Shown here: in pieces, positions 51,118-60,547 of the stretch | How positions within the stretch are numbered: position 1 is the first letter of the stretch | Layout: every line of letters begins with the position of its first letter | Translations under genes and position numbers: made by a program | Assembly (NCBI GenBank): GCA_964497315.1 | Contig: CAZCCH010000001.1 | Coordinates: 56,106-120,105, forward strand | Length of the DNA stretch: 64,000 bases | Reading direction: 5' to 3' | Source of the DNA: an uncultured Planctomycetia bacterium | GTDB lineage: Bacteria > Omnitrophota > Gorgyraeia > Taenaricolales > CAZCCH01 | The notes under the pieces: generated by a model | What the model was told of the DNA's origin: nothing | Seen by the model: only the letters and a program-made list of their open reading frames with translations | Databases searched by the model: none

Positions 51118-51496
51118 CTATAAATAGAATTATCCTTATTGAAATAAAGCCACTTATAACACCTACAAACATAAGCTTATCTTTAGTAAATGAGGTAATC
51201 AAAGCAAGTGCTAGAACAAAATACAGAAGGAGGAATTTACTTGCTAGGTAAATTTTTATCCTTTTGACTTGACCGGAAGTAATTTTTCTTATGCTGGTGT
51301 ATGTATTTGCAAAGCTTGCGGTGGCTACTAGAAATCCGACTATATATCCAATGGAAAAATATCGCTTGCCTAAAACAAACGATACTACTGCAACTAGTAT
51401 TGTTAAGGTGAGGGATTTCCAAAGAATGTCTAGTCTGAATTTTTCAAATGTCTTTTCTTTCATCTTTGGCAATAATCTGCTTATATACCGAAACAA
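51095..51496 (-). CDS. atpI: AtpI-like ATP synthase accessory membrane protein
   Basis: 133 aa, 4 TM, in the position typical of atpI. Confidence 0.45.
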   Translation of the reverse strand: MFRYISRLLPKMKEKTFEKFRLDILWKSLTLTILVAVVSFVLGKRYFSIGYIVGFLVATASFANTYTSIRKITSGQVKRIKIYLASKFLLLYFVLALALITSFTKDKLMFVGVISGFISIRIILFIDGCARST

Positions 51497-51662
51497 ACCC
51501 TGCTGCTATACCTATTAATATAAACACAATAGAAAAGATACCTTTTGTGCCAAGCCAGGTATCTATATAGCGGCCTATCCATAGAGATAATAATATGCAT
51601 ATAATGATAGTAAGGCCGACTTGCGTGACTAAGCCAAAATAGTAGAAAATGCTATTTCTCAT
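51444..51662 (-). CDS. atpZ: AtpZ/AtpR-like small 2-TM protein
   Basis: 72 aa. The GRYIDTWLGTKGIF motif (GxxxDxxxxTxPxF-like) is typical of the AtpZ family found at the head of atp operons. Confidence 0.45.
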   Translation of the reverse strand: MRNSIFYYFGLVTQVGLTIIICILLSLWIGRYIDTWLGTKGIFSIVFILIGIAAGFVSVYKQIIAKDERKDI

Positions 51663-51666
51663 TATA

Positions 51667-51912
51667 TCACACTTTAACCAGCAAACTAACTGCTTTTTTG
51701 TTAACTTCTATAAACCCTTCTTTAATTTGGAGCTCTTTTTCTTCAGAAGGCGTGGTAATTTTAACTTTACCGGTTGCAAGTTTTGATAATAGTGGGGCGT
51801 GATTTGCCAATATAGTCATCTGCCCTTCTATGCCTGGTGCATTTACTGACGTAGCTAGGCCATGATATAGTTGGTTTTCTGGGGTGTTTATGGTAACTTC
51901 GAATTTTTTCAT
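51667..51912 (-). CDS. atpC: ATP synthase epsilon subunit, beta-sandwich domain only (C-terminal helical hairpin absent), encoded at the start of the operon
   Basis: 81 aa. LYHGLATSVNAPGIEGQMTILANHAPLLSKLATGKVKI ... EGFIEV aligns with the epsilon N-domain (E. coli ...[26 protein letters not shown]...GGILEV). Confidence 0.7.
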   Translation of the reverse strand: MKKFEVTINTPENQLYHGLATSVNAPGIEGQMTILANHAPLLSKLATGKVKITTPSEEKELQIKEGFIEVNKKAVSLLVKV

Positions 51913-51927
51913 AAACGCCTCTTGTCT

Positions 51928-52500
51928 TTATTTTTTTGAGCCAGGTTTTGTTAACGGTATTCCTTCTTTACACAACGGACATTCTTCTAAGTTGTATGTT
52001 GGTACATTTAGTTTTATAAGGCTTTTTACACGCTGACCTGCAAAGATTAAATCTTTCCCGGATCTATCTACTATAGTGGCTACTCCGATGATATCTGCTT
52101 TATGCGCTTCGGCTATTCCTACAACCTCAGCTGTTGAACCACCTGTAGTAATTACATCCTCAACTATTAAAACCTTTTCTCTTGGGCTTATTTCAAAACC
52201 GCGTCGTAGTTGCATCTGGCCATCTTTTCTTTCAGAAAAAATGTTTCGTGCGTTAACAGCTCTGGCAACTTCATAGGCAATTGTTATACCTCCCAATGCG
52301 GGACCAATAACTACATCTATTTTTCTATCTTTATATTTTTCTGCTAAGGCAATGCCAAGTTCTTCTGAAAGCTTAGGATGTTGTAATGCAAGAGCGCATT
52401 GCAGGTATTTGCTACTATGGAGTCCACTTGAAAGTTCAAAGTGCCCCTCTAAGAATGCCTTGTGTTTTCTAAAAATATCTAGAAGATGCTGCTCGTGCAT
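51928..52500 (-). CDS. pyrE: Orotate phosphoribosyltransferase
   Basis: 190 aa. PRPP-binding motif VLIVEDVITTGGS. Confidence 0.9.
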   Translation of the reverse strand: MHEQHLLDIFRKHKAFLEGHFELSSGLHSSKYLQCALALQHPKLSEELGIALAEKYKDRKIDVVIGPALGGITIAYEVARAVNARNIFSERKDGQMQLRRGFEISPREKVLIVEDVITTGGSTAEVVGIAEAHKADIIGVATIVDRSGKDLIFAGQRVKSLIKLNVPTYNLEECPLCKEGIPLTKPGSKK

Positions 52501-53192
52501 TATGCAATCTCCTTTATTATATCCCTAGCTGCCTCTGTCGGGTCTTTGGCTTCTGTTATAGGCCGACCCACTACAATGTAGTCTGCCCCATCCAAAACTG
52601 CCTGTTTCGGTGTGGCAACCCTTTTTTGATCATTGGTATCTTTCCCTCGAGGTCTTATCCCTGGGGTAACTATCAAAAACCCTTCGCCGCAAGTTTCTCT
52701 AACCAAGCTTGCTTCTTTAGGTGAGCATACCACGCCATTGCAACCTGCACTAAGTGCTAGTTTAGCAAGGGTTGCAATTTGCTCATCTGTTGATTTTGAT
52801 ACCCCTAAATCCATAAGATCTTTCTCATTTATGCTTGTTAATACTGTAACTGCTAAAACCTTTGGGCTTCGTTTATTTGCATTTGCAGCTTCTGCTGCCT
52901 TTTTCATCATCTCCAAACCACCAGATGCATGTATTGTAAGCATGGCTACATCTAATTTAGATATAGCCTCTATGGCATTTGCAACGGTATTTGGTATATC
53001 ATGCAGCTTTAAATCTAGGAATACCTCTGCACCCATTTTGTTTATGTCTTTTATTAACTCTGGTCCAAAATTAATAAATGCCTGAAGCCCAACTTTAAAA
53101 ATTCCAACATCAGGATAAAGTTTCTTTACTAAATCCTTTGCTTCTCCTATATCATTTACATCCAATGCTACAATTAACTTTTTGTTTTGCAT
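52500..53192 (-). CDS. pyrF: Orotidine 5'-phosphate decarboxylase
   Basis: 230 aa. LIVALDV and DLKLHDIPNTV catalytic motifs. Confidence 0.9.
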   Translation of the reverse strand: MQNKKLIVALDVNDIGEAKDLVKKLYPDVGIFKVGLQAFINFGPELIKDINKMGAEVFLDLKLHDIPNTVANAIEAISKLDVAMLTIHASGGLEMMKKAAEAANANKRSPKVLAVTVLTSINEKDLMDLGVSKSTDEQIATLAKLALSAGCNGVVCSPKEASLVRETCGEGFLIVTPGIRPRGKDTNDQKRVATPKQAVLDGADYIVVGRPITEAKDPTEAARDIIKEIA

Positions 53193-54136
53193 TTTAGGCT
53201 TCCAATAAGTTTTTTGATATCTTTTATTTTGTTTCTTTTCATAAATTTTTCTATTCCATCTATAATTTCAATTGTTGCTTTTGGGTTTACTATGCTTGCC
53301 GTGCCCACCTCTACTGCAGTTGCACCTGCAATTAAAAATTCTACTGCGTCTTGCGCATTCATAATCCCACCAACTCCTATTGTAGGTATCTTGACAGCAC
53401 GAGCTACTTCCCATACCATCCTTAATGCAATTGGTTTTATTGCAGGTCCACTTAAGCCACCTATAACATTCCCCAGTTGCGGTTTGCGGGTCTCTATGTC
53501 TATGGCCATTCCAAAAACTGTATTAATAAGGCTTATAGCATCTGAGCCTCCGCTTTCTGCAGCTTTAGCTATCGATGTAATATCTGTAACATTTGGGGAA
53601 AGCTTTGTTATGAGGGTAAGTTTTGTGAGGCGGCGCACTGTCTTGACTGTGTCAAAAACTGCTTTTGGGTCTTGTGCAATTAGCTTAACTTTTGAACCTC
53701 GCTTCTTAGTCCTTTTAATATTTGGGCATGAGATGTTTAATTCAAGAGCGCTAATCCCTTTTGTGCCATTTAGTGTTTTGGTAAGCTTTGTAAATTCTGA
53801 ACTAGATTCACCTGCAATAGACAAAATAATAGGGATGCCCAATTGGCTCAGGATGGGCAATTTCTCCTCGACAAAGGCATTTATCCCATCATTTGAAAGC
53901 CCTATTGCATTGAGCATCCCTGATTCGGTTTCAAAGATTCTCGGCGGAGGATTTCCGACTCGGGGCTTAAGGGTTACTGTTTTAGTAACTATTGCTCCAA
54001 GTCTTTTTAAATCAATGAGTTGCGAGAAATCCTCGCTAAAAGTCCCAGATGCTGTTATTACTGGGTTTTGCAAATACATATTACCACAAAGGTTTCCAAA
54101 TTTCAAGCATTTATTTTTATTTTTTTTCATTGCCAT
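53174..54136 (-). CDS. pyrD: Dihydroorotate dehydrogenase catalytic subunit (class 1B)
   Basis: 320 aa TIM-barrel DHOD (NPVITASGTF, GGSD..., GVGGI). Confidence 0.9.
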   Translation of the reverse strand: MAMKKNKNKCLKFGNLCGNMYLQNPVITASGTFSEDFSQLIDLKRLGAIVTKTVTLKPRVGNPPPRIFETESGMLNAIGLSNDGINAFVEEKLPILSQLGIPIILSIAGESSSEFTKLTKTLNGTKGISALELNISCPNIKRTKKRGSKVKLIAQDPKAVFDTVKTVRRLTKLTLITKLSPNVTDITSIAKAAESGGSDAISLINTVFGMAIDIETRKPQLGNVIGGLSGPAIKPIALRMVWEVARAVKIPTIGVGGIMNAQDAVEFLIAGATAVEVGTASIVNPKATIEIIDGIEKFMKRNKIKDIKKLIGSLKCKTKS

Positions 54137-54945
54137 AAAATTGCCTCTGCGTTAAACACCGGCCCGTCTTTGCAGACCCGTTTGTACACAAAATTCCTAG
54201 AGCTTGATTTACGCTTTTTAAAACTTTTAATCTTAATAACGCACCCTAAACATGCTCCGAGCCCGCATCCCATCCAGTTTTCAAGCGATATCTGGCAGGG
54301 AATTCTTTTGCTGCCTGAAATTTGTGCAATTTTTTTAAGCATAGGGCTGGGGCCGCAAGCATATATTGCTGTTTGCAAGTTTTTTTCTAATAAATCTGTT
54401 GCTAACCCTTTTTTCCCTAAAGAACCATCTTCCGTTGAAACTAAAACCTTAAAGCCTAGGCTTCGTAATTGACTAACAAAGAAAATTTCTTTTTTTGTCT
54501 TTGCGCCAAGGATTGCTATGTTTTTAATTTTAGATTTTGGTCTTTTGTTTTTTGCTATTTTTTCTGCTAAGAAAAATAAAGGTGCAATCCCCATGCCACC
54601 TGCTACTAATGCTACCGCTTCGTGTTTTTTGCGTGTTGGGCATAAATCAAAACCATTCCCTAAGGGGCCTACGATATCAAGTACTTCACCAGATTTTCTC
54701 TCTGATAAAATTTTTGTGCCTTTTCCCACCACTTTATAAAATATCTCTAAATAATTCTTCCCTACTCGGTGAATGCTCAAAGGTCTACGTAATAATGGAT
54801 TCATGCCTCCATTGCAACGGACATGAATAAACTGTCCTGGTTTGGCACGCCTTGCAATGGTAGGCGCTACGAGTGCCATCTTGAAGTGCTGCGATCCTAT
54901 TTTTTCAATAGAATTAATTTTAACTACAGATTGCGATGCAGGCAT
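54127..54945 (-). CDS. pyrK: Dihydroorotate dehydrogenase electron-transfer subunit (FAD/[2Fe-2S])
   Basis: 272 aa. Ferredoxin-reductase-like fold and a C-terminal Cys cluster CQISLENWMGCGLGACLGC. Confidence 0.85.
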   Translation of the reverse strand: MPASQSVVKINSIEKIGSQHFKMALVAPTIARRAKPGQFIHVRCNGGMNPLLRRPLSIHRVGKNYLEIFYKVVGKGTKILSERKSGEVLDIVGPLGNGFDLCPTRKKHEAVALVAGGMGIAPLFFLAEKIAKNKRPKSKIKNIAILGAKTKKEIFFVSQLRSLGFKVLVSTEDGSLGKKGLATDLLEKNLQTAIYACGPSPMLKKIAQISGSKRIPCQISLENWMGCGLGACLGCVIKIKSFKKRKSSSRNFVYKRVCKDGPVFNAEAILWQ

Positions 54946-56180
54946 TAAAATAACTCCATTTGTTTTTCGTTCTTTTCTTCTTCGCTTTCATCAAAAACGC
55001 GTATTGCACCATATACCCCATCATAACCGGGATTAATATTTACCTTACCCTCTCTTACTTTCATAATACCTTTGACAGTTTTAGAGGGGAGAGCGCCATC
55101 TAACTTTTCCTGTGGCATATTCATCAGTATATCAAATTCATTCCCAAGTCTTTGGATGGCTTGTTTATATTCTGTTTCAACTCCTACGGTTTGGGGGTTT
55201 TTGCCTTTGGCATCTGCAATTATTTCAACTAACCGAATTGCATTTTTAAACCCTATTGCACCCTCTGGCTTAAAACCCTCTTCTCTATCAGAAAGCTTCT
55301 CTACCCTGTGCATAACACCAACTGTTACAGATTTTCCGCATTTAGGACAACGCAGATTATTTGAAATTGTATCACGAGGATGCATGTTTACTTCACAAAG
55401 CCTGTGGCCATCCCAGTGATATTTTCCTTCTTGAGGAAAGAATTCTACTGTATACAAAAATCGTTTATTATCTTTTGTCTTTAAAATTTCTAAAATGGTC
55501 TTATAATCAAGTTCGCAGTCGAATACGTTTGCCTCTCTTCCGATGCGATTGGGACTATGGCTGTCAGAGTTTGAAATCAAACAAAACCTATCTAGCGCAC
55601 TTAAACGCCAACACATAGCAGGGTCTGCACTCAAACCTGTCTCTAAGGCAAAGATGTTTTTCGTTTCTTCTTCGAAACAATCTTCAATTATATCAAAACC
55701 TGCATTAGATCCAAATAAACTAAAATGAGGAGTCCATATATGGGCAGGTACAATGAGACAATCTTCACTCGCACCCAATACAATCTTAACTAATTCTTTA
55801 GCCTCAAAATTCAAAATGGGTCTGCCGTCTGCATTTAGGTTTCCAAAATACCCAAGTTCTTTGTTTATTTTTTCTACTGCTTCAAAGGTTGGGGCAAAAA
55901 TTACAATGTGTATCTTTTTGGCCCTACCTGCGACATAAAATATATTGCATACCTCAGCAGTTAAGCAAAAGTGCATACCGTCATATTCAAACAATCCATA
56001 GTCTTTGGGTGTTAGTTTCTCCTGTAAATTCTGAAACCACACAGGATGTGTAAAATCTCCCGTACCTAAAAGATTTACTCCCTTCCACTTGGCCCATTGG
56101 CTTAGGGCCTCTATGTCCATATCACGGCTTGTCGCCCTGCTATATTTTGAGTGGATGTGAAAATCAGCTATAATTCTCAT
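54945..56180 (-). CDS. PHP-domain metal-dependent phosphoesterase, EndoQ-like (TIGR00375 family)
   Basis: 411 aa. N-terminal PHP motif ADFHIHSKYSRATSRDM, a C-terminal zinc ribbon CPKCGKS and an overall length consistent with endonuclease Q. It is embedded between pyrC and pyrK. Confidence 0.5.
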   Translation of the reverse strand: MRIIADFHIHSKYSRATSRDMDIEALSQWAKWKGVNLLGTGDFTHPVWFQNLQEKLTPKDYGLFEYDGMHFCLTAEVCNIFYVAGRAKKIHIVIFAPTFEAVEKINKELGYFGNLNADGRPILNFEAKELVKIVLGASEDCLIVPAHIWTPHFSLFGSNAGFDIIEDCFEEETKNIFALETGLSADPAMCWRLSALDRFCLISNSDSHSPNRIGREANVFDCELDYKTILEILKTKDNKRFLYTVEFFPQEGKYHWDGHRLCEVNMHPRDTISNNLRCPKCGKSVTVGVMHRVEKLSDREEGFKPEGAIGFKNAIRLVEIIADAKGKNPQTVGVETEYKQAIQRLGNEFDILMNMPQEKLDGALPSKTVKGIMKVREGKVNINPGYDGVYGAIRVFDESEEEKNEKQMELF

Positions 56181-56638
56181 TTTGCAATCTTTATTTCACT
56201 AAAATATTTTTTTGCATTTCCCCAATGCGTACCTGCCCAATATATCTGTTTACACACAGGGCAAGTAGTAAAATCTTTTTGTGTTTTATAAACAAACGGC
56301 GGAACCTTCGCCTTTATCTGCCTCTTGGCTATTTGCTTTAATTCTTCATTGCAAGTTATACAGCGTGTAAACATAAGATCTTTTTTACGTTTTAAGCCAA
56401 GGGCCTTAAAAACTTGCGCTATTTGTTCTGTTATGGAATCGCTTTTTATCTTAAGCAGCCTTATCCCTCTATGGGTTGGGACCTTATTGTCCTTAGTTAA
56501 AAGTGTTCTCTCTTCTCTTAATGCTGCAATTGTTAGTATTGGAACATTTTCTGACTTATAATACAACGTATCGTATCCTAATATCCTAAGCCATCTGCAG
56601 AGCTTTCCTAATTCGCTCGTTACTATAAATCTTTCCAT
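56177..56638 (-). CDS. Mut7-C RNase domain protein (DUF82; PIN-like + C-terminal zinc ribbon)
   Basis: 153 aa. LGKLCRWLRILGYDT ... CITCN ... CPVCKQIYWAGTHW, as in Mut7-C family proteins. Confidence 0.6.
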   Translation of the reverse strand: MERFIVTSELGKLCRWLRILGYDTLYYKSENVPILTIAALREERTLLTKDNKVPTHRGIRLLKIKSDSITEQIAQVFKALGLKRKKDLMFTRCITCNEELKQIAKRQIKAKVPPFVYKTQKDFTTCPVCKQIYWAGTHWGNAKKYFSEIKIAK

Positions 56639-56653
56639 GCCGCACTGGCAGTA

Positions 56654-56953
56654 TCAATAGTTAAGAATCCTGTTTAGTTTCTTAATCTTTTTATCTGCTT
56701 CCTTGGCATAGCTGGTATTCGGATAGCCTTTAGAGACTTTTTGATAATAATCTAAGGCCTCTTCATAGTCTTCCATTTTATACAAAAGGTGTGCTGTGCG
56801 AATCCAGTCTCCTGCTATTTCCCTACCTTTAACATCAAGTCTTGTGAATTTAGAAGTCCCGCAACCTGTAAAAACGACGCAAACCAAAATCAAAATAGCT
56901 AAAACCCTTTTATCCGTCATTTGTCCCCCCTCTTTGATAAATAACTTTGCCAT
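56654..56953 (-). CDS. Small lipoprotein with a TPR-like helical motif
   Basis: 99 aa. Lipobox VFTGCG after a signal peptide; an ...EEALDYYQKV...YAKEA... TPR-like pair. Confidence 0.45.
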   Translation of the reverse strand: MAKLFIKEGGQMTDKRVLAILILVCVVFTGCGTSKFTRLDVKGREIAGDWIRTAHLLYKMEDYEEALDYYQKVSKGYPNTSYAKEADKKIKKLNRILNY

Positions 56954-58202
56954 GGCAAATAGTAGCTATCACTACACCTGGTAATTCCCAGCCAATGAAA
57001 GGTGAGTTTTTAGACATGCTTACTATTTTATCACGCTTTACGGTCCACTTGCTATCTGGGTCGAATATTAAAATATCCGCTTGTGAACCAACTGAAAGTG
57101 TGCCAGCATTAATTCCTAGAATCTTTGCTGGGTTTAAAGACATCTTCTCAATTAATTTTTCAATTGGAAGGATTTTTGTTTGAACCAACTCCTTTATGCC
57201 TAAACTCAAGGTAGTTTCAAAACCTATCATTCCTGAAGGGGCAAGTTGAAACTCTACATCCTTTTCTGCCTCTGAGTGAGGTGCATGGTCTGTTGTAATA
57301 ACATCTATAACTCCCTCTGCCAAAGCCTTTTTTATGGCCTCCACATCTTTTTTTGTTCTAAGTGGCGGGTTTACCTTAGTACTTGTATCAAAGTTTTTTA
57401 CAGCCTCGTCTGTCAAGGCAAAGTAATGCGGGCATGTTTCTGCTGTCACTGAAACACCTTCTTTTTTTGCAAGCTTTATTGCCTTAATTGATTCCTCGCA
57501 ACTTACATGTGCAATATGGATTTTACTACCTGTAAGCTTTGCAAGCTGAAGATCTCTTTGTACTGCTGTTGACTCAGCGGCTTTTGGGATAGGTTTAAAA
57601 CCCAAAAGCGTTGAAGTAAGTCCCTCATTCATTACCCCATTGCCACTCAGGTTTAAATCTTCGCAATGACTGATGAGGACTACATCAAGCATCTTTGCAT
57701 ATTCAAGGGCGCGTCTAAGAACCTCGGCATTTATAACAGGTTTTCCGTCATCGGAAATAGCTACGGCCCCTGCGTCTTTTAAATCGCCTATTTCAGAAAG
57801 CACATCCCCCTTTAACCCTTTTGTAATAGCTGCTATTGGATAAACATTTACAAGCCCTGCCTTTCTTGCTTCAGAAAAGACAAATTCAACTTGTCCGCGA
57901 TTATCGCAAACAGGGTCTGTGTTGGGCATTGCACACACCGACGTAATGCCTCCCTTTGCTGCTGATTTACTCGCTGAGAAAACAGTTTCTTCATCTTCCC
58001 TGCCAGGCTGACGCAGGTGTGCATGCATATCGAAAAGGCCGGGGGCTGCTATCTTCCCCTTTGCATCAATAACCTTTGCGCTAGTTGTCTTTATGTTTTT
58101 TGCGACCTTGCTAATCTTGCCTTTTTCAATAAGAATGTCTGATTCTTCATTTATCTTATTGGCCGGATCTATTACATGAGCGTTTTTGATTAAAATATCC
58201 AC
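56910..58202 (-). CDS. pyrC: Dihydroorotase
   Basis: 430 aa. Metal ligands DMHAHLRQPG, HIAHVS and TTDHAPH. Confidence 0.9.
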   Translation of the reverse strand: MDILIKNAHVIDPANKINEESDILIEKGKISKVAKNIKTTSAKVIDAKGKIAAPGLFDMHAHLRQPGREDEETVFSASKSAAKGGITSVCAMPNTDPVCDNRGQVEFVFSEARKAGLVNVYPIAAITKGLKGDVLSEIGDLKDAGAVAISDDGKPVINAEVLRRALEYAKMLDVVLISHCEDLNLSGNGVMNEGLTSTLLGFKPIPKAAESTAVQRDLQLAKLTGSKIHIAHVSCEESIKAIKLAKKEGVSVTAETCPHYFALTDEAVKNFDTSTKVNPPLRTKKDVEAIKKALAEGVIDVITTDHAPHSEAEKDVEFQLAPSGMIGFETTLSLGIKELVQTKILPIEKLIEKMSLNPAKILGINAGTLSVGSQADILIFDPDSKWTVKRDKIVSMSKNSPFIGWELPGVVIATICHGKVIYQRGGTNDG

Positions 58203-58207
58203 GTACC

Positions 58208-59140
58208 TTACTCCCCTTTTTCACCTTGACCTAATACTAAATATAAAACTGCCATGCGTATAGCGATGCCGTTTGTGACTTGTTCTAATATTACAGAATA
58301 TTTTCCATCCGCTACTTCTGGAGTAAGCTCAATGCCCCTGTTGATAGGACCTGGGTGCATTATTAAAACATCTTTTTTGGCCCATTGCATCTTTTGGTTG
58401 TCTATGCCAAATTTTTGCGAATATTCTCTTATTGATGGAAAAAGTCCTTTCTTCTGGCGTTCTAATTGTATGCGTAAAATATTTAAAACATCCGCTCCCT
58501 CTATGGCTTCTTTAATATCAGTGGTTACCCTAACACCCAGCTTTTCAATTTCAGCAGGAAGCAAGGTGGTGGGCCCGCACACCGTTACATTAGCACCTAG
58601 TTTTGTTAATCCAAATATATTTGAGCGCGCAACCCTTGAGTGTGCGATGTCACCTATTATGGAAACATTAAGCCCTTTAATGCGACCCTTCTTTTCTTTG
58701 ATAGTATATATATCTAGAAGTGCCTGCGTTGGGTGCTCATGAGCACCATCACCGGCATTTATAACAGAGGGCTCAATGGCCTTTGCTAAAATATGCGGTG
58801 CTCCAACACAAGAATGCCTCATTATAATTACATCAACCTTCATTGCCTCAATATTTCTTATTGTGTCTTTCAGGGTCTCACCCTTAGTAAGGCTGCTTGA
58901 TGAGCCGGCTACACTCAGTGTGTCTGCGCTGAGTCTTTTTGCGGCTAATTCAAAGGATGTTCTTGTCCTGGTAGAGGGTTCAAAGAAAAACAAAACTATG
59001 GTTTTTCCTCTTAGGGCTGGAACTTTTTTAATCGGTCTTGTTGAAATCTCCTTAAAAGAATCCGCCTGTTGTAAAATAAGATTTATCTCATCAGCTGATA
59101 AATTTTCTAGACCCAGGAGATCTTTTTTTGTCCACTTCAT
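58208..59140 (-). CDS. pyrB: Aspartate carbamoyltransferase catalytic subunit
   Basis: 310 aa. The STRTR motif (EPSTRTRTSFE) and HPGP motif. Confidence 0.9.
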   Translation of the reverse strand: MKWTKKDLLGLENLSADEINLILQQADSFKEISTRPIKKVPALRGKTIVLFFFEPSTRTRTSFELAAKRLSADTLSVAGSSSSLTKGETLKDTIRNIEAMKVDVIIMRHSCVGAPHILAKAIEPSVINAGDGAHEHPTQALLDIYTIKEKKGRIKGLNVSIIGDIAHSRVARSNIFGLTKLGANVTVCGPTTLLPAEIEKLGVRVTTDIKEAIEGADVLNILRIQLERQKKGLFPSIREYSQKFGIDNQKMQWAKKDVLIMHPGPINRGIELTPEVADGKYSVILEQVTNGIAIRMAVLYLVLGQGEKGE

Positions 59141-59694
59141 TTTTGCTCCTCTAAAACTTCTTGCACCACAATTTCATCGGTGCCATCTGATTCTTTTAGT
59201 TTCACCTGAACGGTTTCATTTTGTGCAGTAGGAATATTTTTACCAACATAATCGGGTCTTATGGGTAATTCCCTATGACCCCTATCTACCAACACTGCTA
59301 ATTGAATGCACTTTGGTCTTCCAAAATCAATTAATGCATCCAGTGCACAGCGTATAGTCCTTCCTGTATACAAAACATCATCTACTAAAATTATTGCCTT
59401 TGCTGTAATATCAAAACCTATTTCTGTCTTATGGACAACCGGATTTGGGGCAATTCTGGTAAAATCATCCCTATAAAGCGTAATATCCAGAATACCTACG
59501 GGTGGTTTTTGTTGTTCGATTTTCTCAATAATGTTTGCTATTCTTTCTGCTAGGTGAGCCCCCCTGTCTCTAATGCCTACTATAGCAATATTAGAGACGT
59601 CCTTATTTTTCTCCAAAATCTCATGAGAGATGCGCCTTAGTGTCCTGGCCATTGCTTCTTTATCCATAATCTTTGACTTATCTCTAAGATTCAT
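59137..59694 (-). CDS. pyrR: Bifunctional pyrimidine operon attenuation regulator / uracil phosphoribosyltransferase PyrR. The likely true start is the ATG at 59694 (the listed ORF begins at an upstream GTG, 59706)
   Basis: NKDVSNIAIVGIRDRGAHLAERIA matches the B. subtilis PyrR N-terminus. PRPP motif VILVDDVLYTGRT. GAGG-type RBS 6 nt before the ATG. Confidence 0.85.
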   Translation of the reverse strand: MNLRDKSKIMDKEAMARTLRRISHEILEKNKDVSNIAIVGIRDRGAHLAERIANIIEKIEQQKPPVGILDITLYRDDFTRIAPNPVVHKTEIGFDITAKAIILVDDVLYTGRTIRCALDALIDFGRPKCIQLAVLVDRGHRELPIRPDYVGKNIPTAQNETVQVKLKESDGTDEIVVQEVLEEQK

Positions 59695-59708
59695 AGCTAA
59701 CCTCACTT

Positions 59709-59815
59709 AAAAAAAATAACCCACCTACTCTAAAAGTAGCTGGGTTGCTATAACTTCCTATTTTAAAAGTTCTTTTGTAGATCATTTTGGCTCCTTTGCC
59801 AACCTCTCTGGGTTG
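59709..59815 (-). promoter_or_regulatory. PyrR-binding attenuator: anti-antiterminator loop (59788..59811) and an intrinsic terminator hairpin (59718..59746) plus U-tract (59709..59717) immediately upstream of pyrR
   Basis: Minus-sense CCCAGAGAGGUUGGCAAAGGAGCC matches the PyrR binding-loop consensus (UCCAGAGAGGCUGGCAAGG). About 40 nt downstream there is a hairpin AACCCAGCUACUUUUAGAGUAGGUGGGUU followed by AUUUUUUUU. Confidence 0.65.
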
Positions 59816-59881
59816 ACTTAAAAGGTGTTTAAGTTCTTGTAATTCTAGCATTTTAGGCTTGATTTGTCAAGGAAAATATTG

Positions 59882-60544
59882 TTATTTTTGGTTAATAACT
59901 ACTACGAATTCACCCCTTGGTTTACGCATCTTAAAATGCTCAAGAAGCTCTAGCGCAGCACCCCTTTTTACTTCCTCGAATTTTTTCGTAACCTCCCGTA
60001 TATAAACAACTTGCGCTTTTGGAAGGATGTCTGAGATATCAGCCAACGCCTTAACTATTCTATGGGGAGATTCGTACAATATAATAGTCCTTTTTTCACA
60101 AGCTAATTCCTTAAGCCTTTTTCTCCTGGCAGCAGATTTGTGCGATAAAAACCCCTCAAAGACAAACTTATCTGTTGGCAACCCAGATAGCACAAGCCCA
60201 CTAACCAAAGCACAGGCACCAGGTATAGTTGTGACCTCTAAGCCACTCTTTATTGCTTCCCTTATTATATAAAACCCTGGATCAGAAATACCAGGGGTCC
60301 CTGCATCAGAAACCAGCGCTACATTTTTACCTTCTTTAAGGAACCTAATAATATAATCTGCTTTTTTAATCTTATTATGTTCAAAATAGCTCGTTAAGGG
60401 CTTGGATATGCTATATGCCTTGAGAAGCTTTCCTGTGTGGCGGGTGTCTTCTGCTGCAATTAAATCAACGGCCCTCAAAACTTCGAGGGCTCGTAGGGTA
60501 ATGTCTTTTAAATTACCTATGGGTGTCGCAACTATATAAAGCAT
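59882..60544 (-). CDS. rsmI: 16S rRNA (cytidine1402-2'-O)-methyltransferase
   Basis: 220 aa. MLYIVATPIGNLKDITLRALEVL and the AAEDTR motif of the tetrapyrrole-methylase-like RsmI. Confidence 0.85.
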   Translation of the reverse strand: MLYIVATPIGNLKDITLRALEVLRAVDLIAAEDTRHTGKLLKAYSISKPLTSYFEHNKIKKADYIIRFLKEGKNVALVSDAGTPGISDPGFYIIREAIKSGLEVTTIPGACALVSGLVLSGLPTDKFVFEGFLSHKSAARRKRLKELACEKRTIILYESPHRIVKALADISDILPKAQVVYIREVTKKFEEVKRGAALELLEHFKMRKPRGEFVVVINQK

Positions 60545-60547
60545 GGT

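Noticed and set aside
53187-54155. 322-aa plus-strand ORF
   Set aside because: It is entirely antisense to pyrD, whose product has strong motifs. Its composition is low-complexity and it has no start-site context. It is an artefact of an open antisense frame.
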